DNA from: Octopus vulgaris
Taxonomy: Eukaryota
DNA length: 64,000 nt
Reading direction: 5' to 3'
NCBI GenBank assembly: GCA_951406725.2
Contig: OX597817.1
Location: 162,440,001 to 162,504,000 of the forward strand
Each line of letters starts with the position of its first letter. The first letter of the stretch is position 1. The position numbers were made by a program, and so were the translations under genes. Shown here in pieces: positions 11,856-24,812 of the stretch. Below the pieces are notes generated by a model. It saw only the letters and a program-made list of their open reading frames with translations. It ran no database searches and was not told the DNA's origin.

Positions 11856-12740
11856 TGCATGGCCACAACCTCAAGGCTGAAACATATAAAAGAATAACAG
11901 AATATAAATGTGTGCATGTGTGTGAGAGAGAGAGTGTGTGTGTATATGTATGTATGTATGTATGTATGTATATCTCTTATTATAAAAGGCAGATTTTATC
12001 TGCCTCCCTTTGGGAGTTATACAAATCTACAATATAGGATTTCTTCAATTACAATTTACCTAGCATTTTTAAGAGTACAATGCATCGCGTCATGCCAGGT
12101 CCAGTTTTCAAAATTTAAACTCCAATTAAGCAAAATTTACAGAAAACTCACATTCTGGTGTGTGTGTCAAATGCTTTTCTTAGTCTGGTTTACACCACAC
12201 GCAAACGCACACACACAGTGGGCAATGAATAAACTGAAACTAATTCACTGTGTGTTGACAGGTAGAAAATAGAATGCGATGGCGATGGCTATGGCGATGG
12301 CGATGGCTATGGCGATGGCTATGGCGATGGCGATGTAATATTTGTTTCTCTCTATGACGCTCATAAAAGCATTGATGTACATGTGTGCGTGCGTGAGTGT
12401 GTGTGTGTCATTCCTCACACACACGCATACACATACATATATGAGAGTGGCAAACACAAACGTTTCAAACAACTACATACAAACACGTGTGTGTTTGTTA
12501 TTAGTAAAAAAAGGCGCCAAAACACAACTCACTTATCATTCCAACACATTTGCAAAGACACACGGACGGTCGAATAACAATACAGAAAAGGTAAATTGGT
12601 TTTTATTTTACTCTGTATATATTTTATTATATAATATTATATATAGATATATGTATATATAATTGCAGTATGAAACAGTGTTTATGTATAAACAGATGAC
12701 ACTTATATATAGTTATTAATAAATGTATGCATCCATTTAA

Positions 12741-13563
12741 CCCTTTTGTTACCAAACCGCCCGAAAAAATTTTGGTTAATGTGACCAAGCCGCCCGAATT
12801 TACCTATTCATATTTAAATGAGAATATCAGAGTAAATCTCTTTAGAACATTCGTGAAAACACGTATTATACTTCGTAAACAGTTCAACTACAGTTTTGTA
12901 CAAAAATCGAAGTGTAATTTTAATTCCGTGAATTATGGGAGATTTTTTTTCTGAAATTTGTTCCTATTGTGTTTTCAAAATTTGTAATTCTGACAAAAAA
13001 TGGATACGAATTTCATTATATCAAGCAGCGAGTCAGAATTCGAAGGATTTTCTACTGAAGACCTTCATAAATCTAACTCTATGACTGAAAAAAAAAAGCA
13101 TGTGGTATTTGATCTCAACCTAAACAAAGCGAAAGAAACGATAGTTTGTTATTTCCCACAACCTTAAATGAAATTAAGGCCTATTTTGCCATAAATATTA
13201 TTATGGGTATTAGAAAGTTACCCAGAATAACAAATTCTAGCGTAAAATTTTGTTGTATACCCAATTGAATATTAGCTAATAACCCATTTTCTATAGCGAT
13301 GTTTGAACAAAATTTTAATAATTTTATATATTGTTGAATTTACCTGTATCTACCTGCAATTAGAGTCACTTTGTGACAAAAATTATAATATAGAATTGGT
13401 TGAGAACATTTCACTAAATTATCTTCCAAAAATCAGATTAATATATTCATAAATAAAAAAGTTATAGTTGTTTAATGAAACCAGACTAAATTTATGATTA
13501 CGTTAGAAATTCATTGAAACACATAAGGGGTGTATTTTGGTCAGAAATATAGTAACGAAAGGG
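12741..13563 (+). mobile_element. internally deleted piggyBac element
   Basis: TTAA|CCCTTTTGTTAC...GTAACGAAAGGG|TTAA; remnants MDTNFIISSSESEFEGFSTED and LNEIKAYFAINIIMGIRKLPRI resemble piggyBac transposase. Confidence 0.85.
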
Positions 13564-13675
13564 TTAAGAAAAACCAAAAAATATTTTATTCTTTGTAAAT
13601 GTTGTGTTCAAAATAACATTTTCTTTTAAGAATGTGTATATAACAAAGTATGTGTATATAACTACGTGGCTTATA

Positions 13676-14070
13676 TCTTTATATATAAGAGTGAAGTTGT
13701 GTGTCTGTCTCCTACGATTTAGATTCGTAACTACTCCCACATTTTGCGGTGTAGTTTAACCAAAAGCGGGTATCTTATAGTCGTGATTCATATCGAGCCC
13801 TTCTGGGTATTAGCGCGCGTCTACGATGAGTCTACGATTTAAAAAAATTTACCATCATATTTTTCCATTTTAATGCATATTTTTCGTTATTATATAAGGG
13901 AAGTAACTCTCTAAAAATATCTACGATGTGTCAACGATTTAAAAAAAAATTAACTTAATTTTTTTTCAATTTTTAATGCATTTTTTTGCTATTTTTTGGC
14001 TATAACTCTCTAAAAATGCTTATATAGTTATTTCCTTACAAACCCGAGCAACGCTGGGCGATACTGCTAG
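13676..14070 (+). mobile_element. non-autonomous Helitron
   Basis: A|TCTTTATATATA...CCCGAGCAACGCTGGGCGATACTGCTAG|T. Confidence 0.88.
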
Positions 14071-14243
14071 TATATATAATAATGCGGTTTTTTCAACAGC
14101 TTGAACTAAAAGTCAGAGGGGAATGGGATAAACTACTTATATTAACTTGCTATAAAAGCAGGTAGTAATTTTATCTTGTCCTTATTCATAGTGCAAGTTT
14201 TGAAGAGTGCATTTCGATTTTAACAGCTATTTTTTTCAAAGCT

Positions 14244-14666
14244 ATGTTGGAAGTAACAAAGGAGCATATTTGGCATATTTTGCTTTATGAGTTCAATAAA
14301 GACAACAACGCAACGGAAAGTACAAGAAATATTAATGCAGTATATGGGGATTGGACAATAAGCGTAAGGCAGTGTCAATGGTGGTTCCAGAAATTCCGAG
14401 CCATAAACTACAGCCTAGAAGACGAGCCTCATCCTGAAAGATCTGTAGAACTCGACAAGGACATCCTGAAAACCCTGGTGGAACAAAATCTCATCGTAAC
14501 TGTTGAGGAACTAGCAGAGAAGCTTGGATTTGGTCATTCAACCATTCATTGACACCTGTGTGCTATCGGAAAAGTCAGCAAATTGGGTCAATGGGTTCCT
14601 CACGAACTTTCCGAGTCTAATTGCATGCAGAGAGTGAATGTATGCTTTTCTTTGCTGTCACATCTC
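14244..14666 (+). pseudogene. mariner transposase N-terminal fragment
   Basis: EHIWHILLYEFNK...NINAVYG...WWFQKFR...SLEDEPHPER HTH, in-frame stop, then GQWVPHEL; truncated by a Helitron. Confidence 0.9.
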
Positions 14667-14687
14667 ACCACTACTGCGCTATGTATA

Positions 14688-15323
14688 TCTATATATATAA
14701 AACTGTAGTTGTGTGAGTGTCTGTCCCCTTCGATTTAGATTCCTAACTACTCCCACATTTTGCGGTGCAGTTTAACCAAATTCGGGTACCTTATAGTCGT
14801 GATTCATATCGAGCCCGTCTGAGTATTAGCGCGCATCTACGATGAGTCTACGATTTAAAAAATAATTTAACATCATTTTTTATTCCATTTTAATGCATAA
14901 TTTTTCGTGTGTCGATGGCGGCGGAGTTGGCGTCCACGCTCACACCTGCACCTGTGGGGAAGGGAGTGTAAGGAAATCAACGTCGTAATGCGTTGTCAAG
15001 GAGACCAGCGTTCTTTTAGAACAACGACTTCATGGCTTGAAGACACCAAAACAGAAATGGCTAAGAAAGCGTCTACATGAGTCTACGATTTAAAAAAAAA
15101 ATTACCATCGTTTTTTTTCCATTTTAATGCATTTTTTCGCTATTATATAAGGGAAGTAACTCTCTAAAAATGTCTACGATGAGTCAACGATTTAAAAAAA
15201 ATTTACCATCATATTTTTTCCATTTTTAATGCATTTTTTGCTATTTTTTGGCTATAACTCTCTAAAAATGCTTATATAGTTATTTCCCTTACAAACCCGA
15301 GCAACGCCGGGCGATACTGCTAG
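14688..15323 (+). mobile_element. non-autonomous Helitron (long form)
   Basis: A|TCTATATATAT...CCCGAGCAACGCCGGGCGATACTGCTAG|T; internal subrepeats gtctacgatgagtc. Confidence 0.9.
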
Positions 15324-16248
15324 TGTATATATATATGTGTGTGTGTGTGTGTATATGTTTGTGTGTCTGTGTTTGTCCCCCCTAGCATTGCTTGACAACC
15401 GATGCTGGTGTGTTTACGTCCCCGTCACTTAGTGGTTCGGCAAAAGAGACCGATAGAATAAGTACTGGGCTTACAAAGAATAAGTCCTGGGGTCGATTTG
15501 CTCAACTAAAGGCAGTGCTCCAACATGGCCGCAGTCAAATGACTGAAACAAGTAAAAGAGTAAAGAGTATATGTATGTGTGTGCATACATATGCTTTCAT
15601 GTGTATGTATATATGGGGAGGGGTGAAAGCGAGGAGGCAGTGTTACCTACAAGGTAAGCTGAATAATTAGCCCAAGCCTACCACACCAGAACATAGACAA
15701 AATCTTTTAATGTAACCAAAAACACAGATTTCAAACCACATTAAAAAAGAAATCCAACAAAAAAATTATTAAAAAAATATTTTTGTTATTTCACCTTAAC
15801 CGTAACCTCAACTTTAGTATCCATGTCTGTCAACAGAGAAATGCCTGACGATGTATTGACAGTATCAGGTAATTCAATCATTGCCTGCTGAACTAGTGAA
15901 CTAGTTGTATACTATTTATAGTGAATTACAACTACCAGATGCGTTCACCTAACAACCAAAACTAGGTGAATCGGTTGCATTTTGTAGGACTAACCTAAGG
16001 TGTTGAAAAGCCTTGTAGCAGTACTGTGCATGCTAAGTCTAAATCCATACATCAGTTACACAAATATGAACTAAAGGCAGTTTATAGGTGCAGGAGTGGC
16101 TGTGTGATAAGTAGCTTGCTTATCAGCCGCATGGTTCTGGGTTCAGTCCCACTGTGTGGCACCTTGGGCAAGTGTCTTCTACTATAGCCTCAGGCCAACC
16201 AAAGCCTTGTGAGTGGATTTGGTAGACAGAAACTGAAAAAGAAGCCTG

Positions 16249-16320
<72 letters not shown>

Positions 16321-16675
16321 GACAAGCTTGTCTTCTCAGATATAAGTTAGTTTACATCATCCAATGTCCTTTCTTTATTACATAGTGTGATTTGACTGCT
16401 ATCACTAGCAAGCCAAGTGACCATGCAGAGGTTCTCTAATTATAGTGCAATGTGGGAATGATGGTAGTGGGCACACAACAGTCATTACATGACAGTGGAG
16501 TTGAATATATTTGAGTTCCAAATCATAGAGCTTTCACAACGTCCCTATGAAAACTTGCCAAACCCAGATGTAGTTTGTCATTATTTCGCTTCAGCTGAAA
16601 ATAAATAATTAAGACAATCCTTCAAGATCTGTATAAAAACTGGTTCACAATAAAGACATTGTAGAGTATACTTAC

Positions 16676-16845
16676 ATGAAGTACTTCTCTGAGAGTTAAT
16701 TTGGACGGTAATATATCCTGTTGTAGTACATAACTCATCCGACGGCTCAATGCTTTGTTCAGTTTCTGGCCATTTACTGTTATGGATCCTTGTTTGATGT
16801 GTTGTCGACCAGAGATCACATTCAGAAGAGTAGTTTTGCCAGATC
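16676..16845 (-). CDS. ABCG exon (second half of Walker A, Q-loop)
   Basis: tttaacAG|GA TCT GGC AAA ACT...CAT|GTaag; 170 nt, phase 1/0; (G)SGKTTLLNVISGR...SYVLQQDILPSKLTLREVLH. Confidence 0.95.
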
Positions 16846-16952
16846 CTGTTAAACAGATATTATAAAAACACACAAAAACTAAGAGAGAAATTCCACTTAA
16901 TTGCATATATTATTTGGAAGTAATGTATTTTTGCTGAAATAATTGTTTTTAC

Positions 16953-17372
16953 GGCTCTTTTCAGTTTGAACGGCAGTTTTTAACATAATTTCTAGGTAAC
17001 TAAAAAATTTTAAACTTCGTATACTGATAGAATGTGTTTATAAAACATCTTTTTCACTTGGCTTTATTGAGAAAATTCTATAGTTTGTAAGATATTTGTT
17101 GGTTTTTTTTTTTTTAATTTCTGCAATTTCAATCAATCAATGACATGTATTGAGGTTATAAACACTCTGTGCCGTATGAATATGTCCCTCGTTTAAGAAA
17201 CAGATTGGGTTTATTTACATTTGTGAAGAAAAAAAAGATACCCTTCCCCCCACCCCTAACCCTAACCCTAAAACAGATTGAAATGCAAAAGATCGATACT
17301 AGGGTCATAATTATGGGTGACAATTTCATATGACATTGCTAGAAAAAACTGCTGTTCAAACCGAAAAGATCC
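16953..17372. mobile_element. TIR MITE with ~8-bp TSD (hAT- or MULE-like)
   Basis: GGCTCTTTTCAGTTTGAACGGCAGTTTTT / AAAAACTGCTGTTCAAACCGAAAAGATCC; flanks gtttttac / atttttac; internal (CCCTAA)3. Confidence 0.8.
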
Positions 17373-18381
17373 ATTTTTACAGTTGGATAGATGTCCTTTG
17401 CTACTCTTGACCACTCAGCTGTGATGAACAGAGTGGAATATATTTATTTTATGTTTTGTTGAATCAAACAAATTAATACATAAGTTAGTGTCAATATATT
17501 TAATGAGAAGAGCACTACAAAACTAATTAGAAATAATTACACGTTGAGAAAAAGACAATATCAGTCACTAACTAATATTGTTTTTCTTAATTTGACAAGT
17601 ACAAGAGACAACAACCCCAGACATGTTCTGGTCTTATTACACCTCATCAGCATAGAATTCGCCATAGTTGCTGAAATTGTGATGAGAGTTGTAAACCCCT
17701 ATGTAAAACCTTATGGTAATTGAGATAGAAATTAGAACACTTTAGAGAATGAGGTAAAATTTTTAAAAATGATTAAATCATTTTTATTAATTTCAAGGTC
17801 ATGTTTAGAACACATGTAAAAATAGGTCAACTACAGGCACAGACATCACTGTGTTGTAAGAAGCTTGCTTTCCAACCACATGGCTCCCGGTTCAGTCCCA
17901 ATGAGTGGCACCTTGGACAAGTGTCTTCTACTATAGCCTTAGGCCAATCAAAGTCTTGGGATGACCAAAGCTTTGTGAGTGGATTTGGAAGACAGAAACT
18001 GAAAGAAGCCTGTCATATATCTGTGTGTGTGTGAGTGCATTTGTAACACATAGTTAAGATTTAGTAGATTAAAATTTAATACTAGGACTGAAGATTAACA
18101 CTAAATCACCAGTGAAAAATTAATAACTATTAAAACATAACACAATGTTAAAACTTAAAAGTAAATTAAAATGTAATACTTAACTAAACCTATCATGGAA
18201 TTTTCACAATACAGTAACATTTCCTTGTTAAAAGTATCAGCAACTTGAGTTGTTAAAGGAAAAAAGAATTTAAGGTTATCAATGAAGATTTTTCCTTACA
18301 GTTCTTTCATCTTTTGTTTTGATATTGGTAATGCTTAGTTACTTGAAATTCTTGAGTATTCCTTTATCTTAGTCAACTTAC

Positions 18382-18545
18382 CACTTGGTCCCACCACAGC
18401 CATTAGCTCACCAGATGTTATTCTGCCCCAGACATTCTGTAAAATTGTTTTCTTCTTAATTTCGACAACAATATCTTTAAAGACAAGGTTCTTCACAGGC
18501 AAATGTGTATCCTGCATTATGGTTTCAGATTTTGACGGAATTTCA
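18382..18545 (-). CDS. ABCG exon (start of NBD, first half of Walker A)
   Basis: ttttttccAG|T GAA...AGT G|GTaagt; 164 nt, phase 2/1; EIPSKSETIMQDTHLPVKNLVFKDIVVEIKKKTILQNVWGRITSGELMAVVGPS; splicing rebuilds GPSGSGKT. Confidence 0.92.
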
Positions 18546-18553
18546 CTGGAAAA

Positions 18554-18801
18554 AATTACAGAAAAATGAGCAGGTGATTACAAAAAAATGAAGGTGATTA
18601 CAAAAAAATGAAGGTGATTACAAAAAAAATGAAGGTGATTACAAAAAAAATGAAGGTGATTACAAAAAAATGAAGGTGATTACAAAAAAATGAAGGTGAT
18701 TACAAAAAAATGAAGGTGATTACAAAAAAATGAGCAGGTGATTACAAAAAAATGAAGGTGATTACAAAAAAAATGAAGGTGATTACAAAAAAATGAACAG
18801 G
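18554..18801. repeat. 20-22-bp minisatellite, ~11 units, adjoining the exon acceptor
   Basis: AGGTGATTACAAAAAAATGA in tandem. Confidence 0.95.
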
Positions 18802-18804
18802 TAA

Positions 18805-20830
18805 TCAGTTCTAAGCAACCAACTTGTTTCATCCCCCAATCACATACCAGACTGTTTACACAAATACCTTAAACACTCTTGATCTCTTTCACACTTCTAG
18901 GCCTAACTTCTATTTAACCATAAGCCTCTCTGCACCTATTGGATCATCCAGTTACTGCCTCACAACTGCTTCACACAGTACCATTTGCCACTCATCATTC
19001 CCATTCTTTCAGACTCTATGGCACTTCAAGTCATCTGACAGGTCAGAGTTCTGCTAGTTTTATGCCACTTATCCATAGCAGCAAATGTGTTTCATTCCTG
19101 ATTCTTCAGAAACAGCTAAATGGGTAACTAAAACCATATTTTAAGCATATTGCTTTGTATTAACCACCCAACAAAGCAAAAACCAGAAGTCCCAAGTCCC
19201 CCAACTGGTTTACTCATAGTTGCATTGTAGTTGTTCGGGCAAGAAAAAAAAAACTCGAAAACAAGGCCTATAAGGCCTACACGATCTCATCTACTCCCCA
19301 AAACTTGGAATTCACCAAGGAGTGTAACCCCTGTAAAATCCCTTTCTTGAACCCTAACCCTAACTTCATGCATTGCATAACCCTCAAACCATCTCCCCTC
19401 CAAAACTACAGATTATCCTTTTGGTCACTTGCCAAAGGATTTCCACCAACTTTGTGAAATCAACTTTCTTCCTCTTCTAAATAATGATGGTTCTGTAAGC
19501 TGTGCCTCCATAGAGAAAGCCCCTCCCCACTACCTTTGCTGCCCATTTTACATTAAACCCCACACTACAAACCCTTGGTCAATCCCCTCCAAATCATCCC
19601 CTTTCTACCTCAAAAGGCTTTTCATCCTGCTCACACACACAGCAAGTGCAGAAATAGTTCCAGCTGCTTCAACCAAGGTTCCTGATCCTGATAATGCCCC
19701 TTCTCTTGCACTAAAACAATCCACTCTAGAACTTGCTCCTAAACTCTTCAAACTCTGTAATATTTCACTCTCTGCCGGGATATACCCTGATATTTGGAAG
19801 TGCACTCAAGCATATTCCATTTCGAAGAACAAACACTCCAACCCTGCTAACTAGGATCCCATTGCTCTCACTCCTAACATCACCAAGGTAACGGAGACAG
19901 CTACTACCAATGATGTTCTTCAACAACTTGAATCTCTCTTTCTCTTCAGTGGCCTCAGAATTACTTACACAGAGCACTGGTGACCCACCCTTGTTTGTAT
20001 GTCACTCTGACATTCTGTAAGGCTCAAACAAGGTCCACAATAGAGTTTTGCTCCCACATCTGAATCAGTGCTGTTAGTATGCACACAGATATCCTGAACT
20101 ACATTAAGCTGATTAGCATTCCATCGCTAATGGACACATGCCAGCCTCTGGCCTACAAGAATGCTGTTTTCTCTCTCTCTCCATCTTTTCTATCATTACT
20201 ATAATGGTGGAGGCACAATGGCCCAGTGGTTAGGGCAGCGGACTCGCGGTCGTAGGATCGCGGTTTCGATTCCCAGACCGGGTGTTGTGAGTGTTTATTG
20301 AGCGAAAACACCTAAAAGCTCCACGAGGCTCCGGCAGAGGATGGTGGTGATCCCTGCTGTACTCTTTCACCACAACTTTCTCTCACTCTTTCTTCCTGTT
20401 TCTGTTGTACCTGTATTTCAAAGGACTGGCCTTGTCACTCTCTGTGTCACGCTGAATATCCCCGAGAACTACGTTAAGGGTCCACGTGTCTGTGGAGTGC
20501 TCAGCCACTTACACGTTAATTTCACGAGCAGGCTGTTCCGTTGGTCGGATCAACCGGAACCCTCATCGTCGTAACCGACAGAGTGCTTCCACCATTACTA
20601 TAATGAGCTCTATTCCTTAGAGCTGGCTGGTCTCATACCTCCACTGATCAGGCCTTATTCATTCACTAGTGTTTCTACTTCTCCTCACTCTTGGTACATC
20701 TAATAAAACCCTTGACCCTGCACTAACCATTATACCCAGTCCTTTCTCACAACACCATCCCTCTGGAATATTGTCCTTGCTCATTTCTTTCCAGCATGAG
20801 CTGACAACAGTTTAAATAGGACATTTATAG
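18805..20830 (+). mobile_element. decayed LINE (CR1/Jockey-like) remnant
   Basis: LELAPKLFKLCNISLSAGIYPDIWKCTQAYSISKNKHSNPAN resembles the start of an RT domain; many stops and frameshifts. Confidence 0.65.
20207..20592 (+). mobile_element. young tRNA-derived SINE (family D)
   Basis: TGGCCCAGTGG A-box and GTTTCGATTCC B-box; 13-bp TSD CATTACTATAATG (20194-20206, 20593-20605). Confidence 0.92.
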
Positions 20831-21071
20831 CATCACGCTCACCAGTCTTGGAGAACCTGTAAAGATCATGGGCTCAGTCCCTTCTTTCAGATTCAACAAA
20901 TAAAAAAAAAAGCTGTTGCTGTTGTTGTTGTTCGAAGTGGTGGTAGTAGTGATAGTACTGCTGTTGTTATTTAGCTCCAGGTCAAACATGATTGAGAAGA
21001 CCTGTGACAAAAGGCATCCCAACCATGCCCATTCTGTCTTTTTTAGGCAAATGTAGGACTATATTTTCTTA

Positions 21072-21484
21072 TTTCTTTATTGCCCACAAGGGGCTAGACA
21101 TAGAGGGGACAAACAAGGACAGACAAATGGATTAAGTCGATTACATCGACCCCAGTGCATAACTGGTACTTAATTTATTGACCCCGAAAGGATGAAAGGC
21201 AAAGTCGACCTCGGCGGAATTTGAACTCAAAACGTAACGGCAGAAGAAACACCTATTTCGTTACTGCCCACAAGGGGCTACACACAGAGGGGACAAACAA
21301 AGACAGACAAACGGATTAAGTCGATTACATCGACCCCAGCGCGTAACTGGTACTAAATTTATTGACCCTGAAAGGATGAAAGGCAAAGTCGTCCTCGGCA
21401 GAATTTGAACTCAGAACATAGCGGCAGACGAAATACCACTAAGCATTTCGCCTGGCATGCTAACGATTCTTCCAGCTCACCGCC
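21072..21484 (-). mobile_element. tandem dimer of SINE family C
   Basis: full unit ~21255-21484 plus 5'-truncated unit ~21072-21251; core GCCTTTCATCCTTTCGGGGTC. Confidence 0.85.
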
Positions 21485-21586
21485 CTAAATAATCACCATA
21501 GGACTATATTTTCTAAACCATCTTGCACTTATATGAGATAGCAGAGTGTGACTTAAGGCAAAATTTAAACAGTTATTTGTGGCAAG

Positions 21587-21892
21587 GGTGGTAGAAGTGG
21601 TGGTGGTAGTGGCAGCAGGGGTGTTGGTGGTGGTGGCAGTGATAGTAGTAGCAGGGATGATGGTGGTGGTGGTGGCAGTGGTAGTAGTAGCAGGGATGAT
21701 GGTGGTGGTGGTGGCAGTGGTAGTAGTAGCAGGGATGATGGTGGTGGTGGTGGCAGTGGTAGCAGGGATGATGGTGGTGGTGGTGGTGGCAGTGATAGTA
21801 GTAGCAGGGATGACGATGGTGGTGGTGGTGGTGGCAGTGGTAGTAGTAGCAGGGATGATGGTGATGGTGGTGGTGGTGGTGGTATCAGTGGT
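21587..21892. repeat. GGT-rich ~36-42-bp minisatellite
   Basis: GGTGGTGGTGGCAGTGGTAGTAGTAGCAGGGATGAT units. Confidence 0.9.
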
Positions 21893-22031
21893 ATAGAAAA
21901 GTTTTAAACATCTGATACACTTCAGTTTCGCCAATCACTGCTCTCCTTCGTGGCCAACATAAGAAAAAAGTGATACTGTCCCGGAATAAAATGGATCCTT
22001 TGTTAGTTCTCCCCGTTCTCCCCGCTTGCCC

Positions 22032-24495
22032 GCCATCACCACAATCCCACAATCACCACCACAACCACCACCACTACCACTACCACAACATCACTACCAC
22101 CACTACCACCACCACCATCACCACAATCCCACAATCACCACTACAACCATCATTGCCAGCACCAGTACCACTACCACCACTACCACTATTACCACAATCA
22201 TCACTACCACCACCACCATCCCCACAATCCCACAATCACCACCACAACCATCATTGCCAGCACCAGTACCACTACCACCACTACCACTATTACCACAATC
22301 ATCACTACCACCACCACCATCCCCACAATCCCACAATCACCACCACAACCATCATTGCCAGCACCAGTACCACTACCACCACTACCACTATTACCACAAT
22401 CATCACTACCACCACCACCATCCCCACAATCCCACAATCACCACCACAACCATCATTGCCAGCACCAGTACCACTACCACCACTACCACTATTACCACAA
22501 TCATCACTACCACCACCACCATCCCCACAATCCCACAATCACCACCACAACCATCATTGCCAGCACCAGTACCACTACCACCACTACCACTATTACCACA
22601 ATCATCACTACCACCACCACCATCCCCACAATCCCACAATCACCACCACAACCATCATTGCCAGCACCAGTACCACTACCACCACTACCACTATTACCAC
22701 AATCATCACTACCACCACCACCATCCCCACAATCCCACAATCACCACCACAACCATCATTGCCAGCACCAGTACCACTACCACCACTACCACTATTACCA
22801 CAATCATCACTACCACCACCACCATCCCCACAATCCCACAATCACCACCACAACCATCATTGCCAGCACCAGTACCACTACCACCACTACCACTATTACC
22901 ACAATCATCACTACCACCACCACCATCCCCACAATCCCACAATCACCACCACAACCATCATTGCCAGCACCAGTACCACTACCACCACTACCACTATTAC
23001 CACAATCATCACTACCACCACCACCATCCCCACAATCCCACAATCACCACCACAACCATCATTGCCAGCACCAGTACCACTACCACCACTACCACTATTA
23101 CCACAATCATCACTACCACCACCACCAATCCCACAATCACCACCACAACCATCATTGCCAGCACCAGTACCACTACCACCACTACCACTATTACCACAAT
23201 CATCACTACCACCACCACCATCCCCACAATCCCACAATCACCACCACAACCATCATTGCCAGCACCAGTACCACTACCACCACTACCACTATTACCACAA
23301 TCATCACTACCACCACCACCATCCCCACAATCCCACAATCACCACCACAACCATCATTGCCAGCACCAGTACCACTACCACCACTACCACTATTACCACA
23401 ATCATCACTACCACCACCACCATCCCCACAATCTCACAATCACCACCACAACCATCATTGCCAGCACCAGTACCACTACCACCACTACCACTATTACCAC
23501 AATCATCACTACCACCACCACCATCCCCACAATCCCACAATCACCACCACAACCATCATTGCCAGCACCAGTACCACTACCACCACTACCACTATTACCA
23601 CAATCATCACTACCACCACCACCATCCCCACAATCTCACAATCACCACCACAACCATCATTGCCAGCACCAGTACCACTACCACCACTACCACTATTACC
23701 ACAATCATCACTACCACCACCACCATCACCACCATCCCCACAATCACCACCACAACCATCATTGCCAGCACCAGTACCACTACCACCACTACCACTATTA
23801 CCACAATCATCACTACCACCACCACCATCCCCACAATCCCACAATCACCACCACAACCATCATTGCCAGCACCAGTACCACTACCACCACTACCACTATT
23901 ACCACAATCATCACTACCATCACCACCATCCCCACAATCCCACAACCACAACCACAACCATCATTGCCAGCACCAGTACCACTACCACCACTACCACTAT
24001 TACCACAATCATCACTACCACCACCACCATCCCCACAATCCCACAATCACCACCACAACCATCATTGCCAGCACCAGTACCACTACCACCACTACCACTA
24101 TTACCACAATCATCACTACCACCACCACCATCCCCACAATCCCACAATCACCACCACAACCATCATTGCCAGCACCAGTACCACTACCACCACTACCACT
24201 ATTACCACAATCATCACTACCACCACCACCATCACCACAATCCCACAATCACCACCACAACCATCATTGCCAGCACCAGTACCACTACCACCACTACCAC
24301 TATTACCACAATCATCACTACCACCACCACCATCACCACCATCCCCACAATCACCACCACAACCATCATTGCCAGCACCAGTACCACTACCACCACTACC
24401 ACTATTACCACAATCATCACTACCACCACCACCATCACCACCATCCCCACAATCACCACCATCACAACTACCACTATCATCATCATCATCATCAC
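22032..24495. repeat. 101-bp satellite, ~23 highly homogeneous units
   Basis: unit CCCCACAATCCCACAATCACCACCACAACCATCATTGCCAGCACCAGTACCACTACCACCACTACCACTATTACCACAATCATCACTACCACCACCACCAT; minus-strand ORFs recur every 101 nt. Confidence 0.97.
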
Positions 24496-24575
24496 CAACA
24501 ACACAACTAATACCCATCACCACCAACTTAAAATAGAATGAAAACATGGAGAGTGTTCTCTTGATAGTTTTATTA

Positions 24576-24812
24576 TTGGGTTGTCCGGAAAGTTCATGCC
24601 GATTTTTAAAGGAAAAAAAATGGTCAATAAATAATTCAATAAATACTTGCCATTACATTTTTAATCAACCAAATATGAACCATTTTGTTACACAATGCGT
24701 CTCCATCTTTCCTTTAACTTGAAAATACCCTCTTCCCACAACTGAGGTGCCTGGGAGGGTAAGTCGAAAGGTAAGCTACTATAAATCGGCACGAACTTTC
24801 CGGACAACCCAA
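24576..24812. mobile_element. mariner MITE
   Basis: TA|TTGGGTTGTCCGGAAAGTTCATGCCGATTT...AAATCGGCACGAACTTTCCGGACAACCCAA|TA. Confidence 0.92.

Noticed and set aside
17254-17271. Interstitial telomere or fusion scar
   Set aside because: Only three units, inside a TIR element
20207-20280. tRNA gene (also other SINE heads)
   Set aside because: A/B boxes are present but there is no full cloverleaf, and the sequence continues into a TSD-flanked SINE body
21970-24547. Long His/Pro/Thr-rich and Gly/Asp/Cys-rich ORFs as real genes
   Set aside because: Fully explained by a 101-bp satellite; the period is not a multiple of 3 and there is no signal peptide or splice context
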